A stretch of DNA of 64,000 nucleotides. It comes from the human T2T-CHM13v2.0 reference genome, Homo sapiens. This document shows positions 1-12,330 of this stretch, piece after piece. The notes beneath the pieces were generated by a model. That model did no database searches. It saw nothing but the letters and a program-made list of their open reading frames with translations, and was not told the DNA's origin. The stretch's first letter is position 1. The number at the start of each line of letters is the position of its first letter. The DNA is taken from the NCBI RefSeq assembly GCF_009914755.1, contig NC_060930.1; one strand, 5' to 3'. A program made the translations under genes and the position numbers.

Positions 1-1257
1 GGGATGGCAGATGGTGTCTGGTTCACTCAGTGCTCAATGGTGCCCAGGCTGGAGTGCAGTGGCATGATCTCGGCTCGCTACAACCTCCACCTCCCAGCCG
101 CCTGCCTTGGCCTCCCAAAGTGCCGAGAGTGCAGCCTCTGCCCGGCCGCCACCCCATCTGGGAAGTGAGGAGCGTCTCTGCCTGGCCGCCTATCGTCTGG
201 GACGTGAGGAGCCCCTCTGCCTGGCTGTCCAATCTGGAAAGTGAGGAGCGTCTCTGCCCGGCCGCCATCCCATCTAGGAAGTGAGGAGCGTCTCTGCCCG
301 GCCGCCCATCGTCTGAGATGTGGGGAGCGCCTTTGCCCCACCACCCCGTCTGGGATGTGAGGAGCGCCTCTGCCCGGCCGCGACCCCGTCTGGGAGGTGA
401 GGAGCATCTCTGCCCAGCCACCCTGTCTGAGAAGGGAGGAGACCCTCCGCCTGGCAATCACCCCGTCTGAGAAGTGAGGAGCCCCTCCGCCCGGCAGCTG
501 CCCCGTCTGAGAAGTGAGGAGCCCCTCCGCCCGGCAGCCACCCCCTCTGGGAAGTGAGGAGCGTCTCCGCCCGGTAGCCACCCCGTCTGGGAGGGAGGTG
601 GGGGTCAGCCCCCGCCAGGCCAGCCGCCCCGTCCGGGAGGTGAGGGGCGCCTCTGCCCGGCCGCCCCTACTGGGAAGTGAGGAGCCCCTCTGCCCGGCCA
701 CCACCCCGTCTGGGAGGTGTACCCAACAGCTCATTGAGAACGGGCCATGATGACAATGGCGGTTTTGTGGAATAGAAAGGGGGGAAAGGTGGGGAAAAGA
801 TTGAGAAATCGGATGGTTGCCGTGTCTGTGTGGAAAGAAGTAGACATGGGAGACTTTTCATTTTGTTCTGTACTAAGAAAAATTCTTCTGCCTTGGGATC
901 CTGTTGATCTGTGACCTTACCCCCAACCCTGTGCTCTCTGAAACATGTGCTGTGTCCACTCAGGGTTAAATGGATTAAGGGCGGTGCAAGATGTGCTTTG
1001 TTAAACAGATGCTTGAAGGCAGCATGCTCGTTAAGAGTCATCACCACTCCCTAATCTCAAGTACCCAGGGACACAAACACTGCGGAAGGCCGCAGGGTCC
1101 TCTGCCTAGGAAAACCAGAGACCTTTGTTCACTTGTTTATCTGCTGACCTTCCCTCCACTATTGCCCTATGACCCTGCCAAATCCCCCTCTGTGAGAAAC
1201 ACCCAAGAATGATCAATAAAAAAAAAAAAAAAGGTTAAAATGGAAAAAAAAAAAAAA
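1..1257 (+). mobile_element. SVA retrotransposon (SVA_C/D-like), 3' portion: end of Alu-like domain, VNTR, SINE-R, AATAAA, A-tail
   Basis: Alu-like domain (CTCAGTGCTCAATGGTGCCCAGGCTGGAGTGCAG), GC-rich VNTR, SINE-R (CCCAACAGCTCATTGAGAACGGGCC...CACCCAAGAATGATCAATAAA), AATAAA at 1215-1220, then A-runs. The 5' hexamer region lies outside the window. Confidence 0.97.
135..716 (+). repeat. SVA VNTR (~35-50 bp GC-rich units)
   Basis: Repeated units of the type GCCCGGCCGCC...CCCCGTCTGGGA(A/G)GTGAGGAGC. Confidence 0.95.
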
Positions 1258-1421
1258 CAGTGTGTCAGAACTCCCTTGAAGGCTTGTCAAAACACATTGC
1301 TGGGCTCCACCAAAGGAGTTTCTGATTCAGTAGATCCAGGGTCAGGCCTGAGAATTGCATTTCTGATAAGGTTCTGAATGATCCTGGCATTGCTCATCTG
1401 AGCCCACTCTAAGAATCATGG
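1258..1421. mobile_element. MER5A (hAT-Charlie) fragment directly after the SVA tail
   Basis: GGCTTGTCAAAACACATTGCTGGGC...TTTCTGATTCAGTAG...GAGAATTGCATTTCT matches recalled MER5A consensus. Confidence 0.8.
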
Positions 1422-2935
1422 CTATAAAGAAAGGGAGCTTCATTTAGAATATTAAAAGTGGTTTAGGAGAAGTAAAAATAAATTCATTACATGGAGAAAA
1501 TGTGGGTGATGAGTAGAGGGGACACTGAATGGTTGTATTAAAACATTCCCAGGTTGTCATATATACAGCTCATCAAGTTTTACCTCATTTAGAGGTGAGT
1601 TAACTGAGGCTCCAATGATTGGGTCATTTTCCCAGTGTCATGGGCTGGCCCATCAATAATAGAACTAAAACTAAAGTTCAGTTCTTGTCTATTCCAACTG
1701 GATGCTTTCCAGTACAAAGCATTGCCAACAGTTAGAACACAGAGACTTCCTATCTGAGGGAAAGGATTTTCACTATTTTTGACAGGAAAAGAGATCTCAT
1801 ATATGATCTCTTTAAGGAAAAATAGTGCTCAGATAACCCACTCTAGTCACTTGCACTGAAACAAGACAGAAGAGGAAGCATCATGAGACAAAATACAATT
1901 CAATGACGCACACATAGGTTTTCGAGGAACGGCAAATTTACTAACCAGGTTTGGTGACTTCATCGTTGACCTGGCATTGATTTTTAAACTCTCTACTGGG
2001 TGTCTTGACTTCACTATCCAGGAGGTTCTGGAGTAGCACAATTTCCTGTTTGATTTTTAACAGCATCTGCTTTCAGCGTGCTTTCCAGTTTTACTGGTGC
2101 CTGGCAAAAGCTGAGCCTGCACTTGCCCTGGAAGCATGGGCCAGTTCCCAGGATGGAATGGAAAATCTCCACTCTCTTTTCAGAAACATCTCCACATTAG
2201 AACTGTCTGGTAAACTGACCAGCTGCCACCCACTGCTGTTTAATCCTCTCTATTCTGGCCTGAGAGCATAGAGTCTTCCCTCCTTAGTTTGTTGTGAAGA
2301 TTCTGAAGTCCTCTTCAAAACTGAGAGCTCATTTTGAATGGATAGCCAATATGCTCAGACCTCGTTGTGGTGGAAATAAATGTACATGAATTTGTTTTGA
2401 ATTTGAAAAAAATTAGAAGACGTGGGGCTAGTTCTAGTATTGTTAATTCAGTTGGTCTATTATAGTCCAGTGCCTTCGACATAATAGGCCCTTGATAAGT
2501 GTATTCTGAATTGACTGAATTGTAATGACATACTCTGTTTAGGTATTACTTTTTTGTAAGAGCTAACATAACCCAGGGCTTCCTCATCTGAAAGAAGGAA
2601 ATGGCAATAACCCACAGATATTATATGGAGATGTGGTGAATTTATTCAGTATTCTGAATGAAATGTTTCAGGTGAAGTAAAATATTGTCTATTAGTAGTG
2701 AGACCACTCTAGAAAAATCCAGAAAAAAGTATGTCTACACATCTCCAATCAGTCACCATTCCCAGTAACAGTAATATTAGCAATAATGTCGTCAAACTAT
2801 TGCTTGGTTTGCATAGATTTGCTATAGAGTTGTTTATCTTTGCCTCACTGGGCATTCCCCGCAGAAGTATTGAACCCTAACCTTTATTTTAATTCGCTAT
2901 TGGTCCTAGGAAAGGTAGGAAAATAAGCATGGGAG

Positions 2936-3135
2936 CAGTGAGATGCTGTGAAATGTTGAAGGACCCTGCCTCTGGGGAGGGAGTGCCCTCATTTGTAATG
3001 TTTGTCAATTTCTGTGGTGTAAATACTCCACCATGGTCAATTTAAAGCTGCCAACAATTTAACAACTGACTTGCAAAATTCCTGACAAAAATTGGCTCTC
3101 ATGAGCTGCTACAGGCTGGCACGAGCACAACACTG
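2936..3135. mobile_element. MER63-family hAT DNA transposon
   Basis: CAGTG...CACTG termini; internal TTTGTCAATTTCTGTGGTGTAAATACTC and TTGCAAAATTCCTGA...ATTGGCTCTCATGAGC. Confidence 0.7.
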
Positions 3136-3761
3136 GATAGGGAAGAAATCACATGTGGCAATATTATTCCATACTAACTGACAGGATTTTGCCCACCCTT
3201 CAGGAAAAAAAACAAATGTTGGCATGGTGGGGAGATGGGGAATGACTGTTTTAGAAGTCAGGTAACACAAATTATAACTATCTGCCAACAACCAGATAGG
3301 TAAATAGGTCAGTAACATGGTGAACCAACTAAGCCGATACCAACTCAGTAACTGGAGTTATAATAAGACTCGAAGGTTATTTCGCAAAGACTTAAGAGAC
3401 ATCTCAGTTAGTTGTTGTACTATTGGCATGTATTGGTGTAAAGATAGAGCTTCAGACTTTGAAGATTCTACAACCAATAACTGAAGTGATTTTTTAAAAA
3501 TTCCACTTAAAAATGTAGCATTTCAGAGCTACAAGGGAATGTAGGGGGTTTGTTTACTTTATAAATAAGGCAAACTGAAGCCTAGAAAAGAGACATGATT
3601 TTCCCAGTCATCTAGTAGAGGAATCCAGACTCTATTTTGGGCTTTCCAATCCTAGGTCAGGGTCAGGGCTCTTTTTGTAACAGAATTATTATTTTTTTTT
3701 TTCATCTCAGTAACATAGCTCAGGGAATCATACCATGCTTGTTACTTAAAAGTGCTATAGT

Positions 3762-3847
3762 ATGGTCTCAATCTCTTAACCTCATGATCTGCCCGCCTCG
3801 GCCTCCCAAAGTGCTGGGATTACAGGCGTGAGCAACCACATCCAGCT
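3762..3847 (-). mobile_element. Alu fragment (5' ~85 bp of left arm only)
   Basis: GATCTGCCCGCCTCGGCCTCCCAAAGTGCTGGGATTACAGGCGTGAGC; no right arm or tail. Confidence 0.9.
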
Positions 3848-5736
3848 TTGAGTTTGAAACTATACTCTTTCCTAGGTACTGATGGAAATAGAAACCTGCT
3901 TGAATTACAACACACATGTCATTAGCGCTTTCACACTGGGGCTGAGCACGCTACTGGGGCAGAATTTTCAGTGAGAACCAAAGTCAGGGCTGGGAGGGGG
4001 TACAGAAAGAGTACCACATGCCAGCTTGTTGCTTTTAATAATTTCAGTAATAGAGGACTAGAACTGCTTCCGAACTTCTCTACACCCACCCCACCATAGC
4101 TCCTGTTAATGGCCTGAATGGCAGTATATACAAGTGCCATCCCTCCCCTGAGTCAATAGAACATGTCTAGGATGGCCTTGCTATTTAAGGTCCACATGGG
4201 TTCCTGATCAGTACAGACAAGTGTATTCCTTGGTGTGAAGTGTTAATTTTACAAGATGAGCTGTGACAAACGCTTTCTTGCTCCAACTAGAAACTGAAAC
4301 TATTAAAGATTCAGTTCTGGGCTTACTGCAAATAACACTGCTCTCTACTCATTATGTGATCCATTCCTGAACGTGGTATAAAGTTTTCCAGAGACTACTT
4401 CTGACTAATAATCTCTGAGTGTGAGAGAGACAGAGACACTGGGGGTGAAGGGAGAGGGTACAGATGGGGTATGGAGAGTTGGCTATATGCGCCTATGAGC
4501 CTGTGTGTGTATAGATATAGTTAACAGAAAAGTGACCGATAAATGATTTTAAAAGAATTTTACATTGCTCTAAACATTCAAAACATCTACTCAAATCTAG
4601 AGTTCCTTGGGTATTACTGATTTGTGAATTAAAGCTATAATTATTGAAGGTTGATTTGATAATATTTTGGTCTCCCTAATTCAACATCAGACAATCAAAT
4701 CTCAAATTTATACTTCCGAAACAATGAAAATAAACACTATACCCAGCATAATTATCAAGATTATGCTCTAACAGCATCCGTGAAACCACGAAATGAGGCA
4801 GTATACAAGAACACATGAGTGAGGGGAATTTTGGGGACAGAAGACACAACCTCCCAATAAAAGGAAAGATTGCAAACTAAAAAGTAAGCTTTCCAAACTA
4901 TTTGCAATGCATGAGTTTCCTGGGATAAGAAAAACCTAGCTTTGAGTCTTTGTGATTATTAATTTTTTTAAAGAAAAAAAAGAACTTTATTTAAATCAGG
5001 CCTTTAGCAGTTTGGCTGAGCTCATGGAAGCCTCGCTCGGCCTGCAGATGTCTGTCTGAGCTGCCACATGGCAGGAACTGGCCCTGGGGGTCTCAGGGGC
5101 CCAGCACAGGACCCAAAACTTCTTATTTTGGTGTTGGTTCCAAAACTCCCCATCCCTTTCCAGTTCATTACAAACACCTATTGTTTGCCATATTTATCTG
5201 CCATCACTGCTGTTTGTTAGCAAATGGAAAGAGAACTGCCAGGACTAAATTTCAGCCTGCCCTCAGAATAGTGCAAAGGCGCTACAGGAATTGCACGACA
5301 GATGGTCTTTGAATGATATACAGAACCTCTGCCCTTGGGCCCGCTTTGGAGGAGCTGTTTTGGATTGTTGCTCGTAAGAGTGGGAGGTTGTTGTGTGATA
5401 TGTGATTATTCCATAATAATTTTAATTATTTTGCCTGTTTTCAAACAATAGTCTCAGCCTTTTTTAATTTTTACACTCACTGAGTTGTGACACGAGCATT
5501 CTTTCCTCTGTGTTAGCAGGGATTAAAATCAAGCCCTGTATCCCTTCCCATTTTTCAAATAATCCATGTTTAAATAAATTACCTCAGTCTGGAAAACCAA
5601 GTTATGTGGCGTCCTCCTGGCATACACACTAGCAAGGAAAAAAATTCCTTATTGTGGTGTCTGGTTTGAGATTGTCGCAGTAACAAGTTTCAAGAAAAGC
5701 CTGCTCTTTGCCTCTTTGGAGCGAGGCTCTGGCTAA

Positions 5737-5838
5737 GGGAGCTTCATTTACATGCATGTGGGGATCCCATCGGATCTGTTCAAAGGTACAGTCCGAGGCA
5801 GTCAGATGGCATCCAATGTGCATGTAAATGAAGCTCCC
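5737..5838. repeat. Inverted repeat with perfect 20-bp arms (possible MITE relic)
   Basis: GGGAGCTTCATTTACATGCA (5737-5756) is the exact reverse complement of TGCATGTAAATGAAGCTCCC (5819-5838). Confidence 0.9.
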
Positions 5839-7149
5839 AAAGTGGGGTGTAGGCTTCTGGAGAGATGCAGAAAATATGCCATCCCTGTCTCATCCAAATC
5901 CAATAGAAACTTCTGAATGTTTTCTAAAGTAGCAAGAGCCAACGAGAAGCAGATGCTAAACTTTCAACGCATCTGAATACATTTCTCTTTACCAGATAGA
6001 TTTATTGGCTGAGCACAGGCAGAAGAGGTTTGGGGTCAGAACCTGAGCTTTTGGTGTCTCGGCCTGGGAAGCTTGCAGACGCCAACTTGCATATCCCAGT
6101 GGTTCCAGACCCAGAGAGTCTCTGGAGGCCAGCAGCAGCCTGCAGCTCTCACCATGCTGGCAATTCCCAGGCCACCAGAGGCTACATAAAAATATAAAAT
6201 CTACACTGAATCTAAACCACAGGAGGATCTAGGGGTGAGTTAATACTTACAAGTTAGCTTTTTTACAGAACACAAGAATGTGTGGCTTTACTTGGAGTTT
6301 GTTGCTCCTGAAATTCCCCCCAATATCTGAATTCTGTGTCCCCAGATAGGCTTGTGGTTCCAGTCCTACAGCTGCAAGCCAAATCAAGCTTTGGACAATT
6401 TCCAAGCTGAATGGTCTAGCACTTTGATAATAAGAAAGAAATTCTGCTTCTCCTTGGTCTCCAGCTAAGTGATATAGCTACCTGGAAAACAGAACTCTGG
6501 TGAGCGGGTTTGCTAGAAAAAAAGAAAAAACAAAACTCTGACCCTGTTATTTGATAGAGAAATCCCCCATGGAGTCTTAAGTGCTTCCCAACAACTGTGG
6601 TTTTAATCCAATAACAGCAGCTCCTCTAACAGAGAGAAACCCAACTCACACAGCAGTTAATACCCAAATGAAATTCAGATATCTCCCACTGTGTTGACAA
6701 AAAGGATTGGGGAAATGTCCTCTGCTCCTTCCCAAGGAAGACGTGCCTTTGGTGAGATCCAACCAGCCTACTCTCCTAGAAAATAGCCACACTGCTTCCT
6801 CACAGCAAGGGCTGGTGTGCAGAGATTTCTGCTTATAGAGAGCACAAATTCTCAGAGAAAACATATAAATTAATGTTTAGTGCCTCGAGGAGCCAAAACT
6901 ACTTATCTTTCAAGGCATGGAGGATTCACCTAAGGAGGACTTACCCAGCTTGCTGGAGTATAGTGGCTTTTCTAAGAATGCTGTTGCTGAAAATTTTCAT
7001 TCAGGTGTATGATTGAAACAACAGCTCTGACTATATCAGCTATCATAAACACTGGAGAACTGTGTTCTCAATAGATCTGAAATAGACACACTTTAAGTGT
7101 ATTTGTATATTATAATCAGGTTTCCATATAGGTTATTAAGTTCCCATAC

Positions 7150-7350
7150 AGGCCAGGCCCTATATAAGTTATTTTATATACATTATCTCTATCTTTACAA
7201 CAACCAGGATGGTATTCATTGCCCTCATTATATAATTTCTAATGAGGGCAAAGGAGTCTCGTGTTGTTTAAATGACTTAACAAAGGTCATACACAATAAA
7301 TAGCTGAGTCAGGATGTGAAATAATGTTTGATTAATTTCAAGGGCCATAT
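7150..7350 (-). mobile_element. MIR SINE
   Basis: CATTATCTC...TTTACAACAACC...TTAAATGACTTAACAAAGGTCATACAC...GCTGAGTCAGGATGTGAA core-SINE pattern. Confidence 0.6.
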
Positions 7351-7833
7351 TCTTTTCACTGATGTATGTATGTATGGGGCTAGTGGCGGAGCAGGGGGAA
7401 ATTCATGTATGGCACATTGCCTTATGAAAATAAATGCAAATTTCAGCATATTTTGACTCGAGGGAGGATACTATGTATATCCTCAGTGCCTGACATGTGA
7501 ATTCTTAACAAATACTTATTAACCGGAGTATTCCTTCATAGGTATATAATTGACAAGTAATTGTTAGTCTTAATCACGTAGGCTTTATCTGCTACTTCCT
7601 CTTGGTCATTTCACATGATGTTTACCCTGGTGGACCTAAATCCTGGAGTCTCCCTGGTTGGGCAAAAAGGACTCAGCCAACTTAAGTCCACATGGACCAA
7701 TTCCAGGTGAGAGATACTATCAGTACCTACTCCTGAAATAAATTCAACAATTATCGAATAAATACCAGCTTAGTAACCACCAACTGTACCCAAACTCATT
7801 TCTTTGGACAAAGAAATATGGTTAAAAAAAATA

Positions 7834-8496
7834 CAGTTATATGTCACTGATTAAGATAAATTCTAAGAAATGCATCATTAGGCAATTTCATCATTGTGCA
7901 AACATCATAGAATGTAGTTGCACAAACCTAGACGGTTTAGCTGCACATCTAAGCTATATGGTGTAGCCTATTGCTCCTAGGCTACAAACCTCAACAGCAT
8001 GTTACCGTACTGAATACTGTGGACAATTATAACACAATGGGAAGTGTCTGTGTATCTGTGTATGTTTTCTAAACATAGAAAAGGCACAGTAAAAATAAAG
8101 TATTAGGTTGGGCATAGTGGCTCATGTCTGTAATCCTAGTACTTTGGCGGCCAAGGAAGCGGATGGCTTGAGCCCAGAAGTTCAAGACCAGCCTGGGCAA
8201 CATGGTGAAACCCCATCTCTAAGAAAAATATAAAAATTAGCCAAGCATAGTGGCATGTGCCTGCAGTCCCGGCAACTTGGGAGGCTGAGGTGGAAGAATT
8301 GGATGAGCCCAGGAGGTTAAGCAAGCAGTGAGCCATGACTGCAACACTGCACTCCAGCCTGGGTGTCAAAACAAGACCCTGTCTCAATAAATAAATAAAT
8401 AAACAAACAAACAAATACAGTATTATAATCTTATGGGACCACTATCGTATATTCAGTCCCTTGTTGACTGAAATGTCATTATGTGGCACATGGCTA
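7834..8496 (-). mobile_element. Tigger3a (MER7A) DNA transposon interrupted by an Alu
   Basis: TA-flanked; TAGCCTATTGCTCCTAGGCTACAAACC, TACTGAATACTGT and TATAATCTTATGGGACCAC match the reverse of the recalled consensus. Confidence 0.88.
8106..8412 (+). mobile_element. AluJ
   Basis: Dimeric Alu with J-type GCTTGAGCCCAG/AGACCCTGTCTC, (TAAA/CAAA)n tail, TSD-like AAATAAAGTATTA / AAATACAGTATTA. Confidence 0.93.
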
Positions 8497-10574
8497 TAAA
8501 TAAAATAAAAATAACTTAAGCACAGAGAGTTCTAATAACCTGACAAAAATATATTTTTAACCATACAAGAAGATAAGGAACCCATGATTTTACATTCAAA
8601 TACCCAACTGCATCTTGTGTTTTGTAAATAAATTCTCCTTTGCCTTTGTATGTAATTCACATGACTTAGAAAATAACGTTGTTTTAATATAAATATACAA
8701 AATAAATATGATGATGTGCTTCAAGACAACCACTGGAAGATTCCATTCAAAATGGAAAATCAATAGTCTATATCAATAGCAATATGAGTATCATTGAAAC
8801 GTGCATTTTTAAAAGAACAACTACATTCAAACATCAGCCATTTTGTCACATTTCTTGAGAGCTCTTCTTTTTTTTTTTTTTTTAACAGCAGCAGTCAAAA
8901 GAGTGACACTCTGTTGGGACCCCAGGACCGCCATGGATGGCAATCTTAACAGTTAAAAGATTGTACAAAGTGGTTTTATTCTGACACACATGTGAATTAG
9001 GCTCAAGTATAAAGGAAAAATAAATGGGAATTAGAGAGCAACTCACAGAGGCATTTCAGTTGGGAAGAAAATACCACCATTAAGTCCCAAATGCAATTTA
9101 TGAATACAGTATTTGAATTTTCTAATTGTTTCTACAAAAAAAAGAGGCTAATGGAATTACATTGGAACCAGTCATTTAATCATATACAAATTTGCTGACC
9201 AATGTCTCTGTACATCCAGTACTGAGCTCCTGCTCATATCTGTAACCTTGCCAAATTTTCAGTCCAATAAGAGAAAGCTTTTCCTTTCTTTTTTTTTTTT
9301 TTTTTTTTTGGTTTTTTGTTTTTGTTTTGTCTTTTTTTTCAACCCCTGGGTAGGAATGGAAGAGGCTGGTGATTCCAAGGACTCCATGTTTCATGGTCAA
9401 ATAGGATCAATATGACACAGCTGCCAAGGACATGAAGCAGGAAGGGGGCCCTGGAGATCATCTGTGCCAGTAGTTTCGAAATCAAGTAGTTGTCTAATCA
9501 AGAACCACTTTGAAACTACTCCCCACATTGCCCACCCTTCTCACCTCCAGTGGTCTAACATGCACTCTGCAAGGAGTAGGAGAAAAGGAAGTCTCCCTTG
9601 CATAAGCTGCCACACAGACAAAGTTGGGTATCTCTGAATCAAATGTAATTTACTTTATACCAAGAACCCATGAATATATACTTTTGTATGACCATTTTTA
9701 AATTTTGTAACAGACAATCTTGTAAACCTCCCAAAGGCTTTTACCTAACACTAAATATGTAGGCCCAATCTGTTCTCAAAATTTCACATGTATGCTGCTC
9801 CTGAGCTCAGTTCCATGTGGTGAAAAAAAGTCATTCATTCTGGTATTCATTAAATTTCAGGTATGCCAAGGAGTGAGAATTCATCTTCAAAAAGTGTACT
9901 GTCTGGTTAAGACAGAAGCATGATAATGATTACAGTTCAAATTGAGAATTGGTATGTAACAAAATTTCCCCTAGTATAACCAGTCTGTGTACTTCACCAC
10001 AGACTCTGTGTACTTCGCCACAGAGGCTCCCCACATGAAGACCTCAGTTATTTCATGGGGGCCCCAGATAACTTCCATCTCATCAGACACAGCTTCCACC
10101 ACTACTGCTCTTCTGGAGTCTAGAGTCTCTCCCGTGGCTCTGCCAGAGCCGCTTCCACAACACAGCAGGCCACACTGCTCCTCCACACCTCTGTTACCCT
10201 CCCTCCTCGTTCAAAATCTTCTTGATGCCAAGGCCAGCCTACGGTCTGTGGCAGAGTAGGAGGATGCAACCCTCTCCTGTCTGTGTGTTACTATGTTTCA
10301 GGTCCTAAAGAAGTTTTACAGAATTTAGTGAAGAGCCACTTGTGGTCTTATTTTATACATCCATAGGCTTCAGACCCATAGGTCTGAAGGTGAGGCCAGT
10401 GTGAGTTTGGCTAGAAAATAAATCCAAGCCACCCTCTGCTGGCTGTGTGGACCTCACCAAGTCTGCCTGAATCCTGAGAGAGGACAGAGCTTGACTTCTT
10501 TTCCCAGGAGGCTTCTTAGCCTCACGCTAATACATTTCTGTGGGGTCTCCCTCCCTCAAGATCGCAGATACACC

Positions 10575-10615
10575 TTGACGTATGTGACTTCCTCTTTGGC
10601 CGCTGGAGGGCAGCA
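10575..10615 (+). promoter_or_regulatory. Candidate CTCF site with adjacent ETS/PU.1-like and CRE half-site motifs
   Basis: TGGCCGCTGGAGGGCAGCA (10597-10615) is close to the CTCF core; GACTTCCTCTTT (10586-10597; AAAGAGGAAGTC on minus); TGACGT at 10576-10581. Motif match only. Confidence 0.45.
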
Positions 10616-10759
10616 CCAGTGGAAATGTGTAGGGAGTGCAGCTGGGACCCAGAAAAGGCAGCCAAGTCTGTAAATCATCACCACGGAGATGAGACTTAAA
10701 AGATAAAGTTGCACTTTATAAGTCAATCAGTATGTGAGGTGCGGGGTGAGATGGCAAGA

Positions 10760-12330
10760 AAAGAGAGGAACCGTCAGTTCAAAGGCTTGGAAGAAAAAAG
10801 TACTGTGTGTTCAGGGAAATAGATGTCCACCAGCTGAAGCACAATATTTGATGTTAGGAGAGAAGTAAGAGATGAGACCAGAAAGCAGTAAGGATTTAAT
10901 CATACAAAGTCTTTATGGCACATAAAATAATTCGGTGTATCCTGTTTTTTTATGGCAAATCTTTGTGGAACTGAGCTGGACAATTACTTGATCACATTTA
11001 TGCATCAGAAAGATCACTGCGCTAATAGCGCAGATGATGGATTTGAGGCCAGACAGACTAGGATAGGAAGAGACAGGAAGGTCCATAGGAAAGGGGCTGT
11101 AGTATTCAGGCAGGAGATATGAGATATTATGGCAGGCAGAACTCTGAGATGGCCCCAAGATTTCTGTCCCCTGGTGCCCATGTCCTGTGTAACCCCCTCT
11201 TATAGAGTGTGAGTGGAACCTGTGAATAGGATGGATTTCATGTTTGTGGTATGGCAAAGGTGAAGGGATTTTGCAGATGTAATTGAAGTCCCTAATCAGC
11301 TGATTTTGAGTTAACCAAAGGGGAAATTATCCAGGATGAACCTAACCAAATTGGGTAAGGCCATAACAGAGTATCTAGAGGTCAGAGACTGGAAGCAGCA
11401 GGGAGATTCTCCTGCTGGCCTTGAAGAAACAAGGTACCATGCTAAGAGAGGGCCTGTGAGGGACCACGTGGTGAGGACCCTTGGGGGGTCTCTAAAAGCA
11501 AGGAGCAAGCAAGCCAAGCCTGGACTCCTGACCCAAATAAACTATGACATTATAAATGTGTGTTGTCTTAAGACTCTAAATTTGTGGTCATTTGCTATGC
11601 AGCAATAGAAAACAAATACAATATAGGTAGCAAGACACAATTGAGTATATTCAGGGGAGAAAACTGACAGGAAGTAGAGTTTGAGTTGATGTGGGGAAAA
11701 TGGATGACTTGTAAACAGTTTCATTTGGACTTGTTGAGCTTGCTATATCTGTAGGACATTCAGGTGGCCATGTATGTCTAGAATACAATTGGATGTAAGG
11801 GTCTAATGCCAAAGGGAAGCCAAGGTTCAAGCCAGGATAAGCAGGCCAAACTCCAGTGTCCAAATCTAAGAGGTCAAACAGAAGTGAGAGCTAAGGTCTA
11901 GAGCCAAAGCAGGCAGAGTAGCCACAATGGCCAATGAGCATGGAGAATGGAAGCAGGCAGGTGGGTGGAGGAGGGCCTGGGGAAGCGCCTGAAGGTCTCT
12001 CGGGAATCCAGGTACTTGTGTGACTGCTCCAGAGGGTTTGATTCTGTGTTGTTGTTCTTGTCGTTGTTGTTCATAAGAAGCAAATAAAATTAGGGAGGCT
12101 AGACTGTGATCACCAGAGAAAATATAAGAAGGGAAAGAAGAAGGTGAAGGATGAAGCTTGAGGGCACCTCCATTTTCAGATGACAGGAAAGGAAAGAGGA
12201 ATTTGCCTTGAGACGGAGAAGCAGCAGCCCAAGAGATAGGAGGAGGACAAGGAGAGGCAAGTGTCACTGTAAAACCCAGGAAGGAGAAGTTTCCAGGGGA
12301 CATGCTCACCAGCCTTGAATGCCATCACAT
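10760..12330 (-). mobile_element. L2 LINE fragments (split by MLT1E-type LTR)
   Basis: AGAAAGATCACT, TTCATTTGGACTTGTTGAGCTTG...GGACATTCAGGTGG and GGGCACCTCCATTTTCAGA are typical reverse L2 segments. Confidence 0.7.
11128..11620 (+). mobile_element. MaLR LTR, MLT1E-like
   Basis: Starts TATGGCAGGCAGAACTCTGAGATGGCCCC; GGGATTTTGCAGATGTAATT; ends TTTGTGGTCATTTGCTATGCAGCAATAGAAAACAAATACA. Confidence 0.85.

Noticed and set aside
23-1212. Several ORFs of up to 218 aa, and a repeat array superficially like CRISPR
   Set aside because: All lie in the GC-rich SVA VNTR/SINE-R. They are stop-poor repeat frames with no unique spacers, in a eukaryotic context.
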